Positions 11,160-20,261 of a DNA stretch of 32,000 nucleotides are shown one piece after another. The first letter of the stretch is position 1. The number at the start of each line of letters is the position of its first letter. The translations under genes were made by a program, and so were the position numbers. The notes beneath the pieces are model-generated. The model made no database searches and was not told where the DNA came from. It worked only from the letters and a program-made list of their open reading frames with translations. Source of the stretch: Candidatus Thiodiazotropha sp. (GTDB taxonomy: Bacteria > Pseudomonadota > Gammaproteobacteria > Chromatiales > Chromatiaceae); contig JARROA010000037.1 in assembly GCA_037384425.1 (NCBI GenBank), forward strand, positions 1 to 32,000, read 5' to 3'.

Positions 11160-11549
11160 ATGGCAAAACCGAGTAGCCGTACCAAGAAGAAGGTCAAGAA
11201 GAGCGTAACCGATGGTGTTGCGCACATCCATGCCTCCTTCAATAACACCATCATCACTATCAGTGACCGTCAGGGCAACGCACTGGCTTGGGCTACCGCC
11301 GGTGGATCCGGTTTCCGCGGCTCGCGCAAGAGCACGCCGTTCGCGGCTCAGGTGGCTGCCGACCGCGTCGGTCAGATGGTCAAGGAGTACGGCGTCAAAA
11401 ACCTTGACGTCAATGTCAAAGGTCCCGGTCCCGGCCGTGAATCCGCTGTGCGCGCACTCAACAATGCCGGTTTCAAGATCACCAGCATCTCGGACGTGAC
11501 GCCGATCCCGCATAACGGTTGCCGTCCTCCCAAAAAGCGCCGCGTCTAA
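11160..11549 (+). CDS. rpsK: 30S ribosomal protein S11
   Basis: 129-aa ORF with [31 protein letters not shown] motif. Confidence 0.98.
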   Translation: MAKPSSRTKKKVKKSVTDGVAHIHASFNNTIITISDRQGNALAWATAGGSGFRGSRKSTPFAAQVAADRVGQMVKEYGVKNLDVNVKGPGPGRESAVRALNNAGFKITSISDVTPIPHNGCRPPKKRRV

Positions 11550-11565
11550 TTTCTGGAGTTCTATC

Positions 11566-12186
11566 ATGGCAAGGTATATCGGACCGAAATGCAAGCTTAG
11601 CCGGCGAGAGGGTACTGACCTCTTCCTCAAGAGCCGAGTGCGCTCACTCGACTCCAAGTGCAACATGGAGAAGGTGCCGGGTCAGGCTGGTGATCGTCGC
11701 CGTCGCGTCTCGGACTATGGCCTGCAGTTGCGCGAGAAGCAGAAAGTGCGCCGCATCTACGGTGTCATGGAACGTCAGTTCCGCAACTACTACAAGGCGG
11801 CTGCCCAGAGCAAAGGCGCGACCGGTGAGAATCTTCTGCAGCTGCTTGAGACCCGCCTTGACAACATCGTCTATCGGATGGGCTTCGGCGCGACACGGGC
11901 GGAGGCCCGTCAGTTGGTCAGCCACAAGGCGATCGAAGTCAATGGCAAGGTAGTCAATATTCCGTCTTTCAAGGTTTCCGCCGAAGACGAAATTTCGATC
12001 CGTGAAAAGGCCAAGAAACAACTGCGTATCCAGGGTGCACTGGAACTGCAGGGCCAGTATGGCTTTGTAGACTGGGTTGAAGTGGATCCCAAGGCGATGA
12101 AGGGCAAACTCAAACGCGTGCCTGATCGTTCCGATCTTTCCGCAGAAATCAACGAACAGCTGGTCGTCGAGCTCTACTCCAAATAA
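11566..12186 (+). CDS. rpsD: 30S ribosomal protein S4
   Basis: 206-aa [26 protein letters not shown]..., canonical S4. Confidence 0.98.
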   Translation: MARYIGPKCKLSRREGTDLFLKSRVRSLDSKCNMEKVPGQAGDRRRRVSDYGLQLREKQKVRRIYGVMERQFRNYYKAAAQSKGATGENLLQLLETRLDNIVYRMGFGATRAEARQLVSHKAIEVNGKVVNIPSFKVSAEDEISIREKAKKQLRIQGALELQGQYGFVDWVEVDPKAMKGKLKRVPDRSDLSAEINEQLVVELYSK

Positions 12187-12211
12187 GTAGACACTGACGA
12201 GAGGAAAATAC

Positions 12212-13210
12212 ATGACCGAAAGCGTTACGGAGTTTCTCAAGCCTCGGATCGTCAACGTACAGCAGATCACCGGCACCCGTGCCAAAGTGACGCTGGAGCC
12301 CTTGGAGAGGGGTTTCGGGCATACCCTTGGCAACGCCCTGAGACGCATCCTGCTCTCCTCCATGCCAGGCAGTGCAATCACCGAGGTGGAGATTGCCGAT
12401 GTGCTGCATGAGTACACCACGATGGAGGGTGTGCAGGAGGATGTGCTCGATATCCTGCTGAATCTGAAGCAGGTCGCCATCATCATGCACAGTCGGGATG
12501 AGGCCACACTGCGTCTGCAGAAGAAGGGACCGGGCCAGGTTCTGGCCAGTGACATCACCCTGGATCACGATGTGGAAATAGCCAATCCGGACCATGTGAT
12601 TGCCACTTTGACCAAATCGGGCGAAATCAACATGACGCTCAATGTACGACGTGGTCGCGGTTATCAACCGGCTGCTGTGCGCCAGGGTTCCGCAGGCGAT
12701 GATCGTCCCATCGGTATGCTGCAGGTGGATGCCTCTTTCAGCCCGGTGCGCAATGTCGCCTACGCTGTTGAGTCGGCGCGTGTGGAGCAGAATACTGATC
12801 TCGATCGTCTGGTCATCGAACTCGAGACCAACGGCACCATCGATCCGGAAGAGGCGATTCGCCGCTCGGCGAGCATCCTGCGGGATCAGCTCTCTGTGTT
12901 CGTCGACCTGGAGGCCGAGGCTGCCGAGGCGGTGTCCGAGCCGGAAGAGCCGGCGATCGATCCGATCCTGCTGCGTCCGGTGGATGATCTCGAGCTGACC
13001 GTTCGCTCCGCGAACTGTCTCAAGGCCGAGAACATCTTTCTGATCGGCGATCTGATTCAGCGTACCGAAGTTGAGCTGCTTAAGACGCCCAATCTCGGCA
13101 AGAAGTCGCTGACGGAGATCAAGGACGTGCTGGCCCGCCGTGGCCTTTCGCTCGGCATGCGCCTCGAGCGTTGGCCGCCGGAAAACATTGAAGAGCAACT
13201 GGCTCACTGA
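12212..13210 (+). CDS. rpoA: DNA-directed RNA polymerase subunit alpha
   Basis: 332-aa ORF with [26 protein letters not shown] and a C-terminal [16 protein letters not shown]...[12 protein letters not shown] (alpha-CTD). Confidence 0.98.
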   Translation: MTESVTEFLKPRIVNVQQITGTRAKVTLEPLERGFGHTLGNALRRILLSSMPGSAITEVEIADVLHEYTTMEGVQEDVLDILLNLKQVAIIMHSRDEATLRLQKKGPGQVLASDITLDHDVEIANPDHVIATLTKSGEINMTLNVRRGRGYQPAAVRQGSAGDDRPIGMLQVDASFSPVRNVAYAVESARVEQNTDLDRLVIELETNGTIDPEEAIRRSASILRDQLSVFVDLEAEAAEAVSEPEEPAIDPILLRPVDDLELTVRSANCLKAENIFLIGDLIQRTEVELLKTPNLGKKSLTEIKDVLARRGLSLGMRLERWPPENIEEQLAH

Positions 13211-13253
13211 ACGAGCCGGTTAAACACTAATTTGAATTTGGGGAAGTCGACCC

Positions 13254-13652
13254 ATGCGCCATCGCAAATCAGGACGGCAGTTAAACCGTAACAGCAGTCA
13301 TCGTAACGCCATGTTCAGAAACATGGCTGCCTCTCTGATCAAACATGAGTTGATCAAGACCACCTTGCCGAAGGCGAAGGAGCTGCGCCGTGTGGCCGAG
13401 CCGCTGATCACACTGTCCAAGACGGACAGTGTCGCCAAGCGTCGTCTGGCTTTTGACCGTCTGCGTGATAAAGCTGCGGTCGGCAAACTCTTTGCCGAGC
13501 TGGGTCCGCGCTATCAGGAGCGTCCCGGTGGCTATCTGCGTATTCTCAAGTGCGGGTATCGCCCGGGAGATCAGGCGCCGATGGCTTACGTGGAGCTGGT
13601 CGATCGTCCGCTGGATGAAGGTGCGGAAGCTGAAGCGACCGACACTGAATAA
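13254..13652 (+). CDS. rplQ: 50S ribosomal protein L17
   Basis: 132-aa [28 protein letters not shown]..., canonical L17 and last gene of the alpha operon. Confidence 0.98.
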   Translation: MRHRKSGRQLNRNSSHRNAMFRNMAASLIKHELIKTTLPKAKELRRVAEPLITLSKTDSVAKRRLAFDRLRDKAAVGKLFAELGPRYQERPGGYLRILKCGYRPGDQAPMAYVELVDRPLDEGAEAEATDTE

Positions 13653-13675
13653 CAGCTGAGAAACGATAGGACATG

Positions 13676-13706
13676 AAACCCGCATGACTCGTCATGCGGG
13701 TTTTTT
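13676..13706 (+). terminator. Rho-independent terminator of the alpha operon
   Basis: AAACCCGCATGA-ctcg-TCATGCGGGTTT (12-bp perfect stem) followed by TTTTTT, 24 nt after the rplQ stop. Confidence 0.9.
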
Positions 13707-13810
13707 ATTGCTTCAGGGTTAGCGCGGTTTACCGGGTCACCTTGCTCCCTGGTGTTCCCATGCACTGCTCAACGTGGTTCTTCCGCAAGACGCAACACCG
13801 GCTCGAACAG

Positions 13811-14473
13811 CTACCGCTTGAGCTGTTTCATCAAGGCGTCGAGAGACACCGCTTGGGGACTGCCGCTTTTACCGGCCTCGCCCTCTCCCACGTCAAAAGC
13901 GCGAAATCCATTCACCATGGCGGAAATGTCGCCGCTTTTGGAGGACAAGTCGTGTGTGAAGACCGCCGGCAGGTGTAGCACTGTGAAGATGAGGATGATC
14001 TGGTAACAGAGTTGATGCAGGTCGAGCATGCTGATGGAGCCCAGCAGGTGCAGATCGTTGAGCAGCATCAGTCCACTCAGCGTGCTCAACGTCAGTATGA
14101 AAAAGAGGGCGATGTAGATCGGTCCCCAAAGCGGGTTGTGGCTGTACCATTTGGGCAATGGCGCTTTGCCCAGCGTAAGGTAGAAGCGAACCACCAGCCA
14201 TGCCTGGTTGAGACGATGCATGTTCGGTTCACAATCGGTCAGAAGGTCGGTGCCCTGACCGAAAAAGAGCAGGTAGAGACGCAGCAACAGGGCGGGTAGA
14301 AACACGCCGCTCAGGAGATAATGGATTTCTCCGGCCGTGGAGGTGATCGCCAAATCGATGCTCATCAGCCAACCGGTGGCGATCAATCCCAGTGTGGAGA
14401 GTGCCAGCGTCCAGTGGGCGAGTCTGAGCCAGCGGCTCCAGACGAGTACGTGGGAAACGGTTTTAGCATGCAT
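13811..14473 (-). CDS. Cytochrome b561 / Ni-Fe-hydrogenase-type b cytochrome family membrane protein (orphan)
   Basis: 220-aa ORF with 4-5 hydrophobic helices. It has the family N-terminal signature VWSRWLRLAHW...ATGW and further intramembrane His residues (EIHYLL, LHQLCY, VLHLPAVFTHD). AGGA lies 8 nt upstream of the ATG. Confidence 0.7.
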   Translation of the reverse strand: MHAKTVSHVLVWSRWLRLAHWTLALSTLGLIATGWLMSIDLAITSTAGEIHYLLSGVFLPALLLRLYLLFFGQGTDLLTDCEPNMHRLNQAWLVVRFYLTLGKAPLPKWYSHNPLWGPIYIALFFILTLSTLSGLMLLNDLHLLGSISMLDLHQLCYQIILIFTVLHLPAVFTHDLSSKSGDISAMVNGFRAFDVGEGEAGKSGSPQAVSLDALMKQLKR

Positions 14474-14597
14474 GGTAATATCCTGCTTTGGGTCTGAGGT
14501 TAGCCTTTCAGTGCCGATGTAACCACCCGGTATCAGTGTGTTTTTCGGTTGGCATAGGTCAGGGAGTTTAGCTGCAACTATCAGTTGGTTTCAGTTC

Positions 14598-15173
14598 ATG
14601 TTGCGACAACGAAAAAGCAAAAGGGAGAGACGCGAAGCCAGGGATCAGGCGATGCTGCGCTATACCAAGCAGCGACAGCGCAATCTACTGGCCAAGCCCG
14701 GTCCACACCCCTTTATCGTCGTCCTCGATCATATGAAAGCGGGTTTCAATGTGGCAAAGATATTTCGCAGTGCGGAGGTTTTTGGTGCCCGGGAGGTCCA
14801 GCTGATCAATATCGGTCCCTTTGATCCTGCACCGGGCAAAGGTGGCTTCAAAAAGGTACCCGCCCGCTTTTTCGAGACGTTTGCCGACTGTTATGCAGAT
14901 TTGAATGCGCGGGGATACAAGGTATACATGCTCAATGCCGAAAGTGAGCGCTCACTGGTTTCCACTGAGCTGGCGGAGAAGTCGGCATTTGTTCTGGGGC
15001 ATGAAGAGTGGGGGCACAGTTTCAAGCCGGAGGAGTATCCGGATATCGAAGGGCTTTCGATACCTCAGTTCGGACAGATCGAAAGTCTCAATGTGGCGGT
15101 TGCCGCCTCAGTCACCATGTACGAATACATCAGGCAGCACGGCCGTAAAGAGGGTTCCCGTTCTGAGGTGTAA
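14598..15173 (+). CDS. SpoU/TrmH-family RNA 2'-O-methyltransferase
   Basis: SpoU motifs are present: NVAKIFRSAEVFGAREV, FVLGHEEWG, IPQFGQIESLNVAVAASVTMYE. The start is uncertain: ATG 14598 is chosen here, the track uses GTG 14538, and ATG 14652 has the best AGGGA Shine-Dalgarno (SD, ribosome-binding) sequence. Confidence 0.85.
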   Translation: MLRQRKSKRERREARDQAMLRYTKQRQRNLLAKPGPHPFIVVLDHMKAGFNVAKIFRSAEVFGAREVQLINIGPFDPAPGKGGFKKVPARFFETFADCYADLNARGYKVYMLNAESERSLVSTELAEKSAFVLGHEEWGHSFKPEEYPDIEGLSIPQFGQIESLNVAVAASVTMYEYIRQHGRKEGSRSEV

Positions 15174-15205
15174 CGGAACCGGGGGTTGCCACGGAGGTGG
15201 TCGAT

Positions 15206-15289
15206 TCAGGATGGGATCTTGAATCGCTCCGTCACCAACAGTGAGAGAATGACGCCAGCGGCGGCGGGCAATAGCAGTAGCCAGATCAT
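15206..15289 (-). CDS. Hypothetical 27-aa single-helix membrane peptide (MIWLLLLPAAAGVILSLLVTERFKIPS)
   Basis: Not in the ORF track because it is shorter than 60 aa. GGAGG lies 6 nt upstream of the ATG. The peptide has a hydrophobic core followed by a charged tail. It sits downstream of, and on the same strand as, the phosphatase gene. No family recognised. Confidence 0.3.
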   Translation of the reverse strand: MIWLLLLPAAAGVILSLLVTERFKIPS

Positions 15290-15411
15290 AGGGTGCCTCC
15301 TCATCTCATGGTAAGGCTTCCGTTCCTAAAATCGTTTGGTTGTATTGCGTTAGTCGTTTAACTCTATCTTATGAAGATAATTCCGGGGATTGTTGAGATC
15401 TGGTTCTCAGT

Positions 15412-16017
15412 TCAGGCCGTGAGACGGGTTCTGCCGATAAACGAAACAGTGGGTGGGCGCTGTTCCTCGATCTGGATGCGAGACAGGCTGGCTGTGGCGA
15501 TCGAGAGGCGATACATGCTGCCCAAAGGGGCACCCAGGGTCGAGGTTAACGCGGAACGGATGACGCCGGCATGCGTCACGATCAGTATGTGTTTGCCCGC
15601 ATGGGTGTTTATGGCTGTTTGTAGGGCATTATCGACGCGCCGGCTGAAATCTTCAAGAGATTCAGCGCCTTGCGGTCTGTGATTGATGGGGTCGTTGTAG
15701 AACCGCTTGAGAATCTCATCGTCCTGGGCTCTCAACATCGCACCCGATTGTCCCTCCCAAACGCCAAAGCCCACCTCTTTCAAGCGTTCATCGATAGTGA
15801 TCGGCAACGAAAGCTTGGCGCTAAGTTGCTCGGCAAAAGCTCGGCAGCGACTCAGAGGCGAGCTGATGATGGTGTCCCAGGGCGTTTCTGCGGAGGTGGC
15901 GTACCACATCTCCTGCCAGCCACGTTCGCTGAGTGGGTCGTCCAGCTGTCCCCGGTATCGCCTGCCGCCAACGGGTTCGCCATGGCGCAGGAGGTCGATG
16001 ATGGTCAACTCAGACAA
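15412..16017 (-). CDS. Histidine phosphatase family protein (phosphoglycerate mutase / CobC alpha-ribazole phosphatase-like)
   Basis: 201-aa ORF with an N-terminal LLRHGEP...GQLDDPLSERG catalytic RHG motif and a later IVTHAGVIR motif. It starts 4 nt after the ampE stop. Confidence 0.85.
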   Translation of the reverse strand: MSELTIIDLLRHGEPVGGRRYRGQLDDPLSERGWQEMWYATSAETPWDTIISSPLSRCRAFAEQLSAKLSLPITIDERLKEVGFGVWEGQSGAMLRAQDDEILKRFYNDPINHRPQGAESLEDFSRRVDNALQTAINTHAGKHILIVTHAGVIRSALTSTLGAPLGSMYRLSIATASLSRIQIEEQRPPTVSFIGRTRLTA

Positions 16018-16021
16018 GGTT

Positions 16022-16909
16022 TCAGACGATGCCGGTGAGTGTCAGCAGGCCGGCGATGACGAGCCAGACCACCAGAGAGCGCCAGACCAGCGCCATCGCC
16101 GATTGAGGTAGGTGGCTGTAGTCATGCAGTTCGTCATCGTGTTCCCCGAGCAGAGTGGTCAGCCGCATGGCGCCGCTGCCGGTGCAGATCAATATGCCGC
16201 TGTTGCTATCACTGAACTCATCGTATCGCCGATCCTGATAGCTGCGCCAGCCATAGAGCGCATCCTCGAAACTGCCGGCGATGGCGTAGCATACGGCAGT
16301 GATTCGGGCGGGCAGCCAGTCCATGATCAACAGCAGTTGCTTGGCGCTGAGAAAGAAATCGATATCACGATTGGCCTGCTCCAGCCGTGGCAGCTGGGTA
16401 GCGATACGATAGAAGAGTGCGCCTACCGGACCCAGCAGTAGAAACCAGAAGAGTACGCCAAACTGACGCTGATTGGCCTGAAACAGGACACCTTCGGCAA
16501 CCGATTGGGAGAGCGCCGGCTCGCTGGTGGGCGGCTCGTCGTCGATGATCTCCTTCGCGATACGTCTCTGGCCGGCCTCGTCGTCATCCTCCACGGTGCG
16601 GATATAGTCGTTGATCAGGGTGTCGAGATCCGTGGGGCCGAGACAGAACAGAAGCACGGCGGCGGCGAAAGCGACGCTGGGAAGTCCGAACAGGCTGCCG
16701 GCGAGCATTTGCTGCAGCAGCGCGATGATCAGCACCGGGGGCAGCAGCTGAATGATCAGGCTCATCATGCCGTTTTGGGTCCATGCCGGCGCGTGCTGCT
16801 GGGCCAGCCATTGACTGTAGGCCTCCAGCCACCGCTTTTGGCGCAGGTGCTGGTAGTCGAGTAGAAACCGTTCTGCAATCAGACAGATGACAATGACGAT
16901 GAGGCTCAT
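16022..16909 (-). CDS. ampE: AmpE-like inner-membrane regulatory protein
   Basis: 295-aa membrane ORF. The N-terminus MSLIVIVICLIAERFLL... and the hydrophobic C-terminus resemble E. coli AmpE (MTLFTTLLVLIFERLFKL...). It lies directly downstream of ampD, as in enterobacteria. Confidence 0.75.
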   Translation of the reverse strand: MSLIVIVICLIAERFLLDYQHLRQKRWLEAYSQWLAQQHAPAWTQNGMMSLIIQLLPPVLIIALLQQMLAGSLFGLPSVAFAAAVLLFCLGPTDLDTLINDYIRTVEDDDEAGQRRIAKEIIDDEPPTSEPALSQSVAEGVLFQANQRQFGVLFWFLLLGPVGALFYRIATQLPRLEQANRDIDFFLSAKQLLLIMDWLPARITAVCYAIAGSFEDALYGWRSYQDRRYDEFSDSNSGILICTGSGAMRLTTLLGEHDDELHDYSHLPQSAMALVWRSLVVWLVIAGLLTLTGIV

Positions 16910-16992
16910 CGCGCAAGTTTCCGGTAATTCAGTGAAATTTTCAAGAAAGTGGCCGCGATTTCAATGCAGATGGGCGCCTGTATCCGATAAGT

Positions 16993-17550
16993 TCAGACGT
17001 ATTGCCCGGGTTCGCCCGTCTCCAGCGATGCCAGATAGCGGGACCAGTCGAAGCTGGGCCCCGGGTCGGTCTTGCGTTCGGGCGATATGTTCGCATGACC
17101 GGTGATGCGTTGCGGGTTGATCTGCGGATAGTGCCGACGGATTTCTCGGGTGGCCAGTGCGAGTGTGGCGTATTGGGCGTCGGTGAACGGCTGTTCCTCG
17201 CAACCTTCGAGTTCGATGCCGATGGAAAAGTCGTTGCAGCGTTCACGCCCGCAGAAATTGGAGGTGCCGGCATGCCAGGCACGACGGTTGAGCGGCACAT
17301 ACTGGATCAGCCGGCCGTCGCGTCGGATCAGCAGATGCGCCGAGACCCGGAGTTCGGCGATGTCACGAAAGTAGGGGTGTGCGTCAGGATCGAGCCGGTT
17401 CATGAATAGGTCGTCGATCCAGGGGCCACCGAATTCGCCGGGCGGCAGGCTGATGCTGTGGATCACCAGCAGGTCTACAGGCTCGCCTTCCGGCCGTTCG
17501 TCCCAGTTTTCGCAGGGCCGGTATTCCGCCTGGGGAAGCAGGATCTCCAT
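16993..17550 (-). CDS. ampD: 1,6-anhydro-N-acetylmuramyl-L-alanine amidase AmpD
   Basis: Only the C-terminal 185 aa of the 435-aa track ORF (from MEILLPQAEY..., ATG at 17550) look like a real protein. That part aligns by eye along its whole length with E. coli AmpD: LLVIHSISLPPGEFGGPWIDDLF, LRVSAHLLIRRDG, RAWHAGTS, RERCNDFSIGIELEG, KTDPGPSFDW. Confidence 0.93.
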   Translation of the reverse strand: MEILLPQAEYRPCENWDERPEGEPVDLLVIHSISLPPGEFGGPWIDDLFMNRLDPDAHPYFRDIAELRVSAHLLIRRDGRLIQYVPLNRRAWHAGTSNFCGRERCNDFSIGIELEGCEEQPFTDAQYATLALATREIRRHYPQINPQRITGHANISPERKTDPGPSFDWSRYLASLETGEPGQYV

Positions 17551-17558
17551 GGCGCTGC

Positions 17559-17972
17559 TCAGCTGCTTTCGTGCTTGCGCTTGAGGCCCTTGAGCACCAT
17601 GTCGGTGTAGCTGACGATCCCGACTACCTCGCCATGCTCTTCCACCGGGGCGCGGGAGAGGTCGAAGCGGCTGAAGATGCGGGCGCAATAGCGGATGTCC
17701 ATGTCCGGCGAGACGGTCAGTGCCGGTTTGGTCATGATTTCGTAGATGTTGACACGCTCGGGCGCCCGGTCGACAGCCAGCACCTGGCGTGCGATATCGG
17801 AGAGCATCACCAGACCGAACGCGTCGTCCGGATTGCGCTTCTTGACGATCAGCGACTTGGTCTCCACGTGGAGCATCTTCTCCAGGGCCATGGCGACCGT
17901 GTCCATGCCATCGACCGTGTCGAAGTCGGTCTTCATGACATCCCGCACCCGTATCAATTGGCGTTGGCTCAT
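17559..17972 (-). CDS. Stand-alone CBS-pair domain protein
   Basis: 137-aa ORF with two CBS repeats (VRDVMKTDFDTVDGMDTVAMALEKM... and IYEIMTKPALTVSPDMDIRYCARIF...EEHGEVVGIVSYTDMV). Its start overlaps the PII-like stop in ATGA. Confidence 0.85.
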   Translation of the reverse strand: MSQRQLIRVRDVMKTDFDTVDGMDTVAMALEKMLHVETKSLIVKKRNPDDAFGLVMLSDIARQVLAVDRAPERVNIYEIMTKPALTVSPDMDIRYCARIFSRFDLSRAPVEEHGEVVGIVSYTDMVLKGLKRKHESS

Positions 17973-18319
17973 AGCTCCTCCTCGATAACATGAGACAAAG
18001 TCTGAATCTGATGACTGACACCGACCGCATCCTCGATGTCGATCTGAAAGGCGATGCCGCTACCGGGTTGATCGTCGAAGTGGCCTGCCTCGGCGATCGT
18101 CTCCAGAATGGTACGGCTGAGATGCTCCTCCACCAGCAGCAGGAGCACGTCGCGCTGGGTCTCCAGCGTGAGACCGAAAAAGGTCTTCGGCTGCTGCACC
18201 CCTTCTCCTCGCGCCTGGTTGATGACGGTGGAGCCGGTGGCGCCGGCTGCGCGTGCAGCCTCCAGGACCTTGTCGGTGGTACTGTCCTCCACCAGGGCAA
18301 TGATGAGTTTAAAGTGCAT
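17969..18319 (-). CDS. PII-like (GlnB-fold) signal-transduction protein, non-canonical
   Basis: 116-aa ORF. It shows a beta-alpha-beta pattern FKLIIALVEDSTTDKVLEAARAAGATGSTV, a short T-loop-like segment ARGEGVQQPKTFFG, and a B-loop-like GSGIAFQIDIEDAVG. Length and layout match PII, but the GlnB/GlnK uridylylation context is missing. Confidence 0.7.
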   Translation of the reverse strand: MHFKLIIALVEDSTTDKVLEAARAAGATGSTVINQARGEGVQQPKTFFGLTLETQRDVLLLLVEEHLSRTILETIAEAGHFDDQPGSGIAFQIDIEDAVGVSHQIQTLSHVIEEEL

Positions 18320-18337
18320 GGGCTTATCCTCTGTGGA

Positions 18338-19111
18338 TCATGGATCGCTCCGTTTTGTGCGCCATTCGCTCAGTTGGGCGTAGGCCATGACGGACATGAT
18401 AGGAAACAGGCTGGCAAAGGCGATCAGGCCGAAGCCGTCGAGCAGGGGGTTGCGGCCGGGAATGTTGCTCGACAGTCCCAGGCCGAGGGCCGCCACCAGG
18501 GGTACCGTCACGGTGGAGGTGGTGACGCCGCCGGAGTCGTAGGCCAGGGCGATGATACTGCGTGGCGCGAACAGGGTCTGCAGAATCACCACCACGTAAC
18601 CGGCCATGATGTACCAGTGCAGAGGGGTGCCGCTGATGATGCGGTAACTGCCTAGGGCGATGCCGATGGCGACACCGATGGCGACCGCGATACGCAGCCC
18701 CCATTGGCTGATGGCGCCAGCGGAGACCTGGTTGGCCTTGATTGCTACAGCGATCAGCGAGGGTTCGGCGATGGTGGTGGAGAAACCGATGCTGGCGGCG
18801 AACAGATAGACCCAGAAATAGTGGTGCCACTGCGCCTGCAACGCATGCTCGATGTCGAGCAGTTCCGGTGAGGTCAGCTGGCTGGCCATCAGCTCACCCA
18901 GGGGGAAGAGTGCCAGGTCGAGCCCTTCCAGAAACAGTGTCAGGCCGACCAGTACCATGAGAAAGCCGATCAGCACCTCGCGCGGATTTCTCACTGGTCG
19001 CCGCAGGACCAGGAACTGAAAGCCGAACAGGATGGCGGCGATCGGCAGCACGTCGAGCAGGGTGCCCAGCATCACCTGAATGAAGTGGAGCAGTGCCGCG
19101 TTCATAGCCAC
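18338..19111 (-). CDS. DUF1538-family integral membrane protein (paralogue B)
   Basis: 257-aa ORF with about 6-7 predicted helices. It shares the motifs [42 protein letters not shown] and [13 protein letters not shown] with the upstream paralogue. Confidence 0.75.
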   Translation of the reverse strand: MAMNAALLHFIQVMLGTLLDVLPIAAILFGFQFLVLRRPVRNPREVLIGFLMVLVGLTLFLEGLDLALFPLGELMASQLTSPELLDIEHALQAQWHHYFWVYLFAASIGFSTTIAEPSLIAVAIKANQVSAGAISQWGLRIAVAIGVAIGIALGSYRIISGTPLHWYIMAGYVVVILQTLFAPRSIIALAYDSGGVTTSTVTVPLVAALGLGLSSNIPGRNPLLDGFGLIAFASLFPIMSVMAYAQLSEWRTKRSDP

Positions 19112-19833
19112 ATGCCGTAGCCCATGACGAAGATCATCGGCGTCAATGAGGCGAAGGCGATGAGACCGAAGCCATCGGTCATCGGGTTGCGCCCCTTGAT
19201 ACTCGAAGCCAGTCCAACCCCGAGAGCGGTGACCAGGGGGACGGTAATGGTCGAGGTGGTGACACCGCCGGAGTCGTAGGCGATACCGATGATCTCCGGC
19301 GGAGCCAGGGCGGTCATGACCACCACGCCGATATAGCCGCCCATGATCAGGTACTGGACCGGCCAGCCCTTGAGGATGCGCAGTACCCCCAACACGATGG
19401 CAAATCCCACCGAGAGCGCGACGGTATAGCGCAGACCGTCGGCATAACTCTCCTGGGACTCTTTTGATGCGTTGATCATGCCTCCATTTGCCGCGATCTT
19501 GGCAGCTTCATCCGCTATTTTGATCAGTGCGGGTTCTGCCACCGTGGTCCCGAAGCCAAGGGCGAAGGCAAACAGCAACAGCCAGTTCAGGCTGCCTTTG
19601 CGGGCAAAGTCCCAGGCCATGCCTTCACCCAGCGGGAACAGGGCCAAGTTGAGGCCCTGTACGAAGAGGGTCAATCCCAACACCACCAACAAGGTGCCGA
19701 TCAGTAATCCGCTCAGGTTGGGGATCGGTTGCTGCAACACAATCAGTTGAAAAAAACCGATGACGGCGGCGATTGGGGTCAGGTCACGAAGACTGTCGAC
19801 AAGGGAGGCTGTGAAGTGCCTGAGCAAGCGCAT
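19102..19833 (-). CDS. DUF1538-family integral membrane protein (paralogue A)
   Basis: 243-aa ORF with about 6-7 predicted helices and the motifs [43 protein letters not shown] and [13 protein letters not shown]. It overlaps paralogue B by 10 nt. Confidence 0.75.
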   Translation of the reverse strand: MRLLRHFTASLVDSLRDLTPIAAVIGFFQLIVLQQPIPNLSGLLIGTLLVVLGLTLFVQGLNLALFPLGEGMAWDFARKGSLNWLLLFAFALGFGTTVAEPALIKIADEAAKIAANGGMINASKESQESYADGLRYTVALSVGFAIVLGVLRILKGWPVQYLIMGGYIGVVVMTALAPPEIIGIAYDSGGVTTSTITVPLVTALGVGLASSIKGRNPMTDGFGLIAFASLTPMIFVMGYGMWL

Positions 19834-20261
19834 GCGGTTTTGGGGTCGGCTGAGCTACTGACGGAGACGACCTTACAGGAGTACGGGCGGCGCACGCAAC
19901 GGTCTGGGCAGGATGCGGGCCGCATCGCTGGAAGGGGAATCGCGAGTTAAAAAAATCGTTTTGTTCACAGGTTGGCTCGTGCCGGACCTGACAATCCCGA
20001 TTCGCGGCTGCGCTTATATCCCGCTCAAGTATCGTTAAGCTGCTGCCGATATTGATATTTGTTGAATATACAGGGCCTTGATGCTAGCTTTTAGTTACCG
20101 GTTTTGTGTTCGACTGGCGTGGACTCGCGGCATTCTGCCAGCTTTGTGAGGGTATTCTCAGTCCCCCTTTGGCAGCTGACATACCTTTAATGCAAGTGTG
20201 GAATCAAGCCGCGTTATTATTGACTCTCAGCCACCGGCGGTTTTTTCAGAAGTGTCCATAG

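Noticed and set aside
11644-13207. 304-aa (11644-12558) and 352-aa (12149-13207) minus-strand ORFs.
   Set aside because: They are antisense to rpsD and rpoA. There are no recognisable motifs, and stop-free antisense frames are expected at this GC content.
17551-18300. N-terminal 250 codons of the 435-aa track ORF that ends as AmpD.
   Set aside because: This part overlaps the CBS and PII-like genes in another frame and is Arg/Pro/Gly-rich nonsense. AmpD homology begins exactly at the internal Met (17550).
17990-18655. 221-aa plus-strand ORF.
   Set aside because: It is antisense to the PII-like and DUF1538-B genes, Gly/Asp/His-rich, with no motif.
20048-20070. Possible Fur box in the AT-rich patch GATATTGATATTTGTTGAA.
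   Set aside because: It matches only about 12 of 19 positions of the GATAATGATAATCATTATC consensus and has no dyad symmetry. It is kept only as an unspecified candidate operator.
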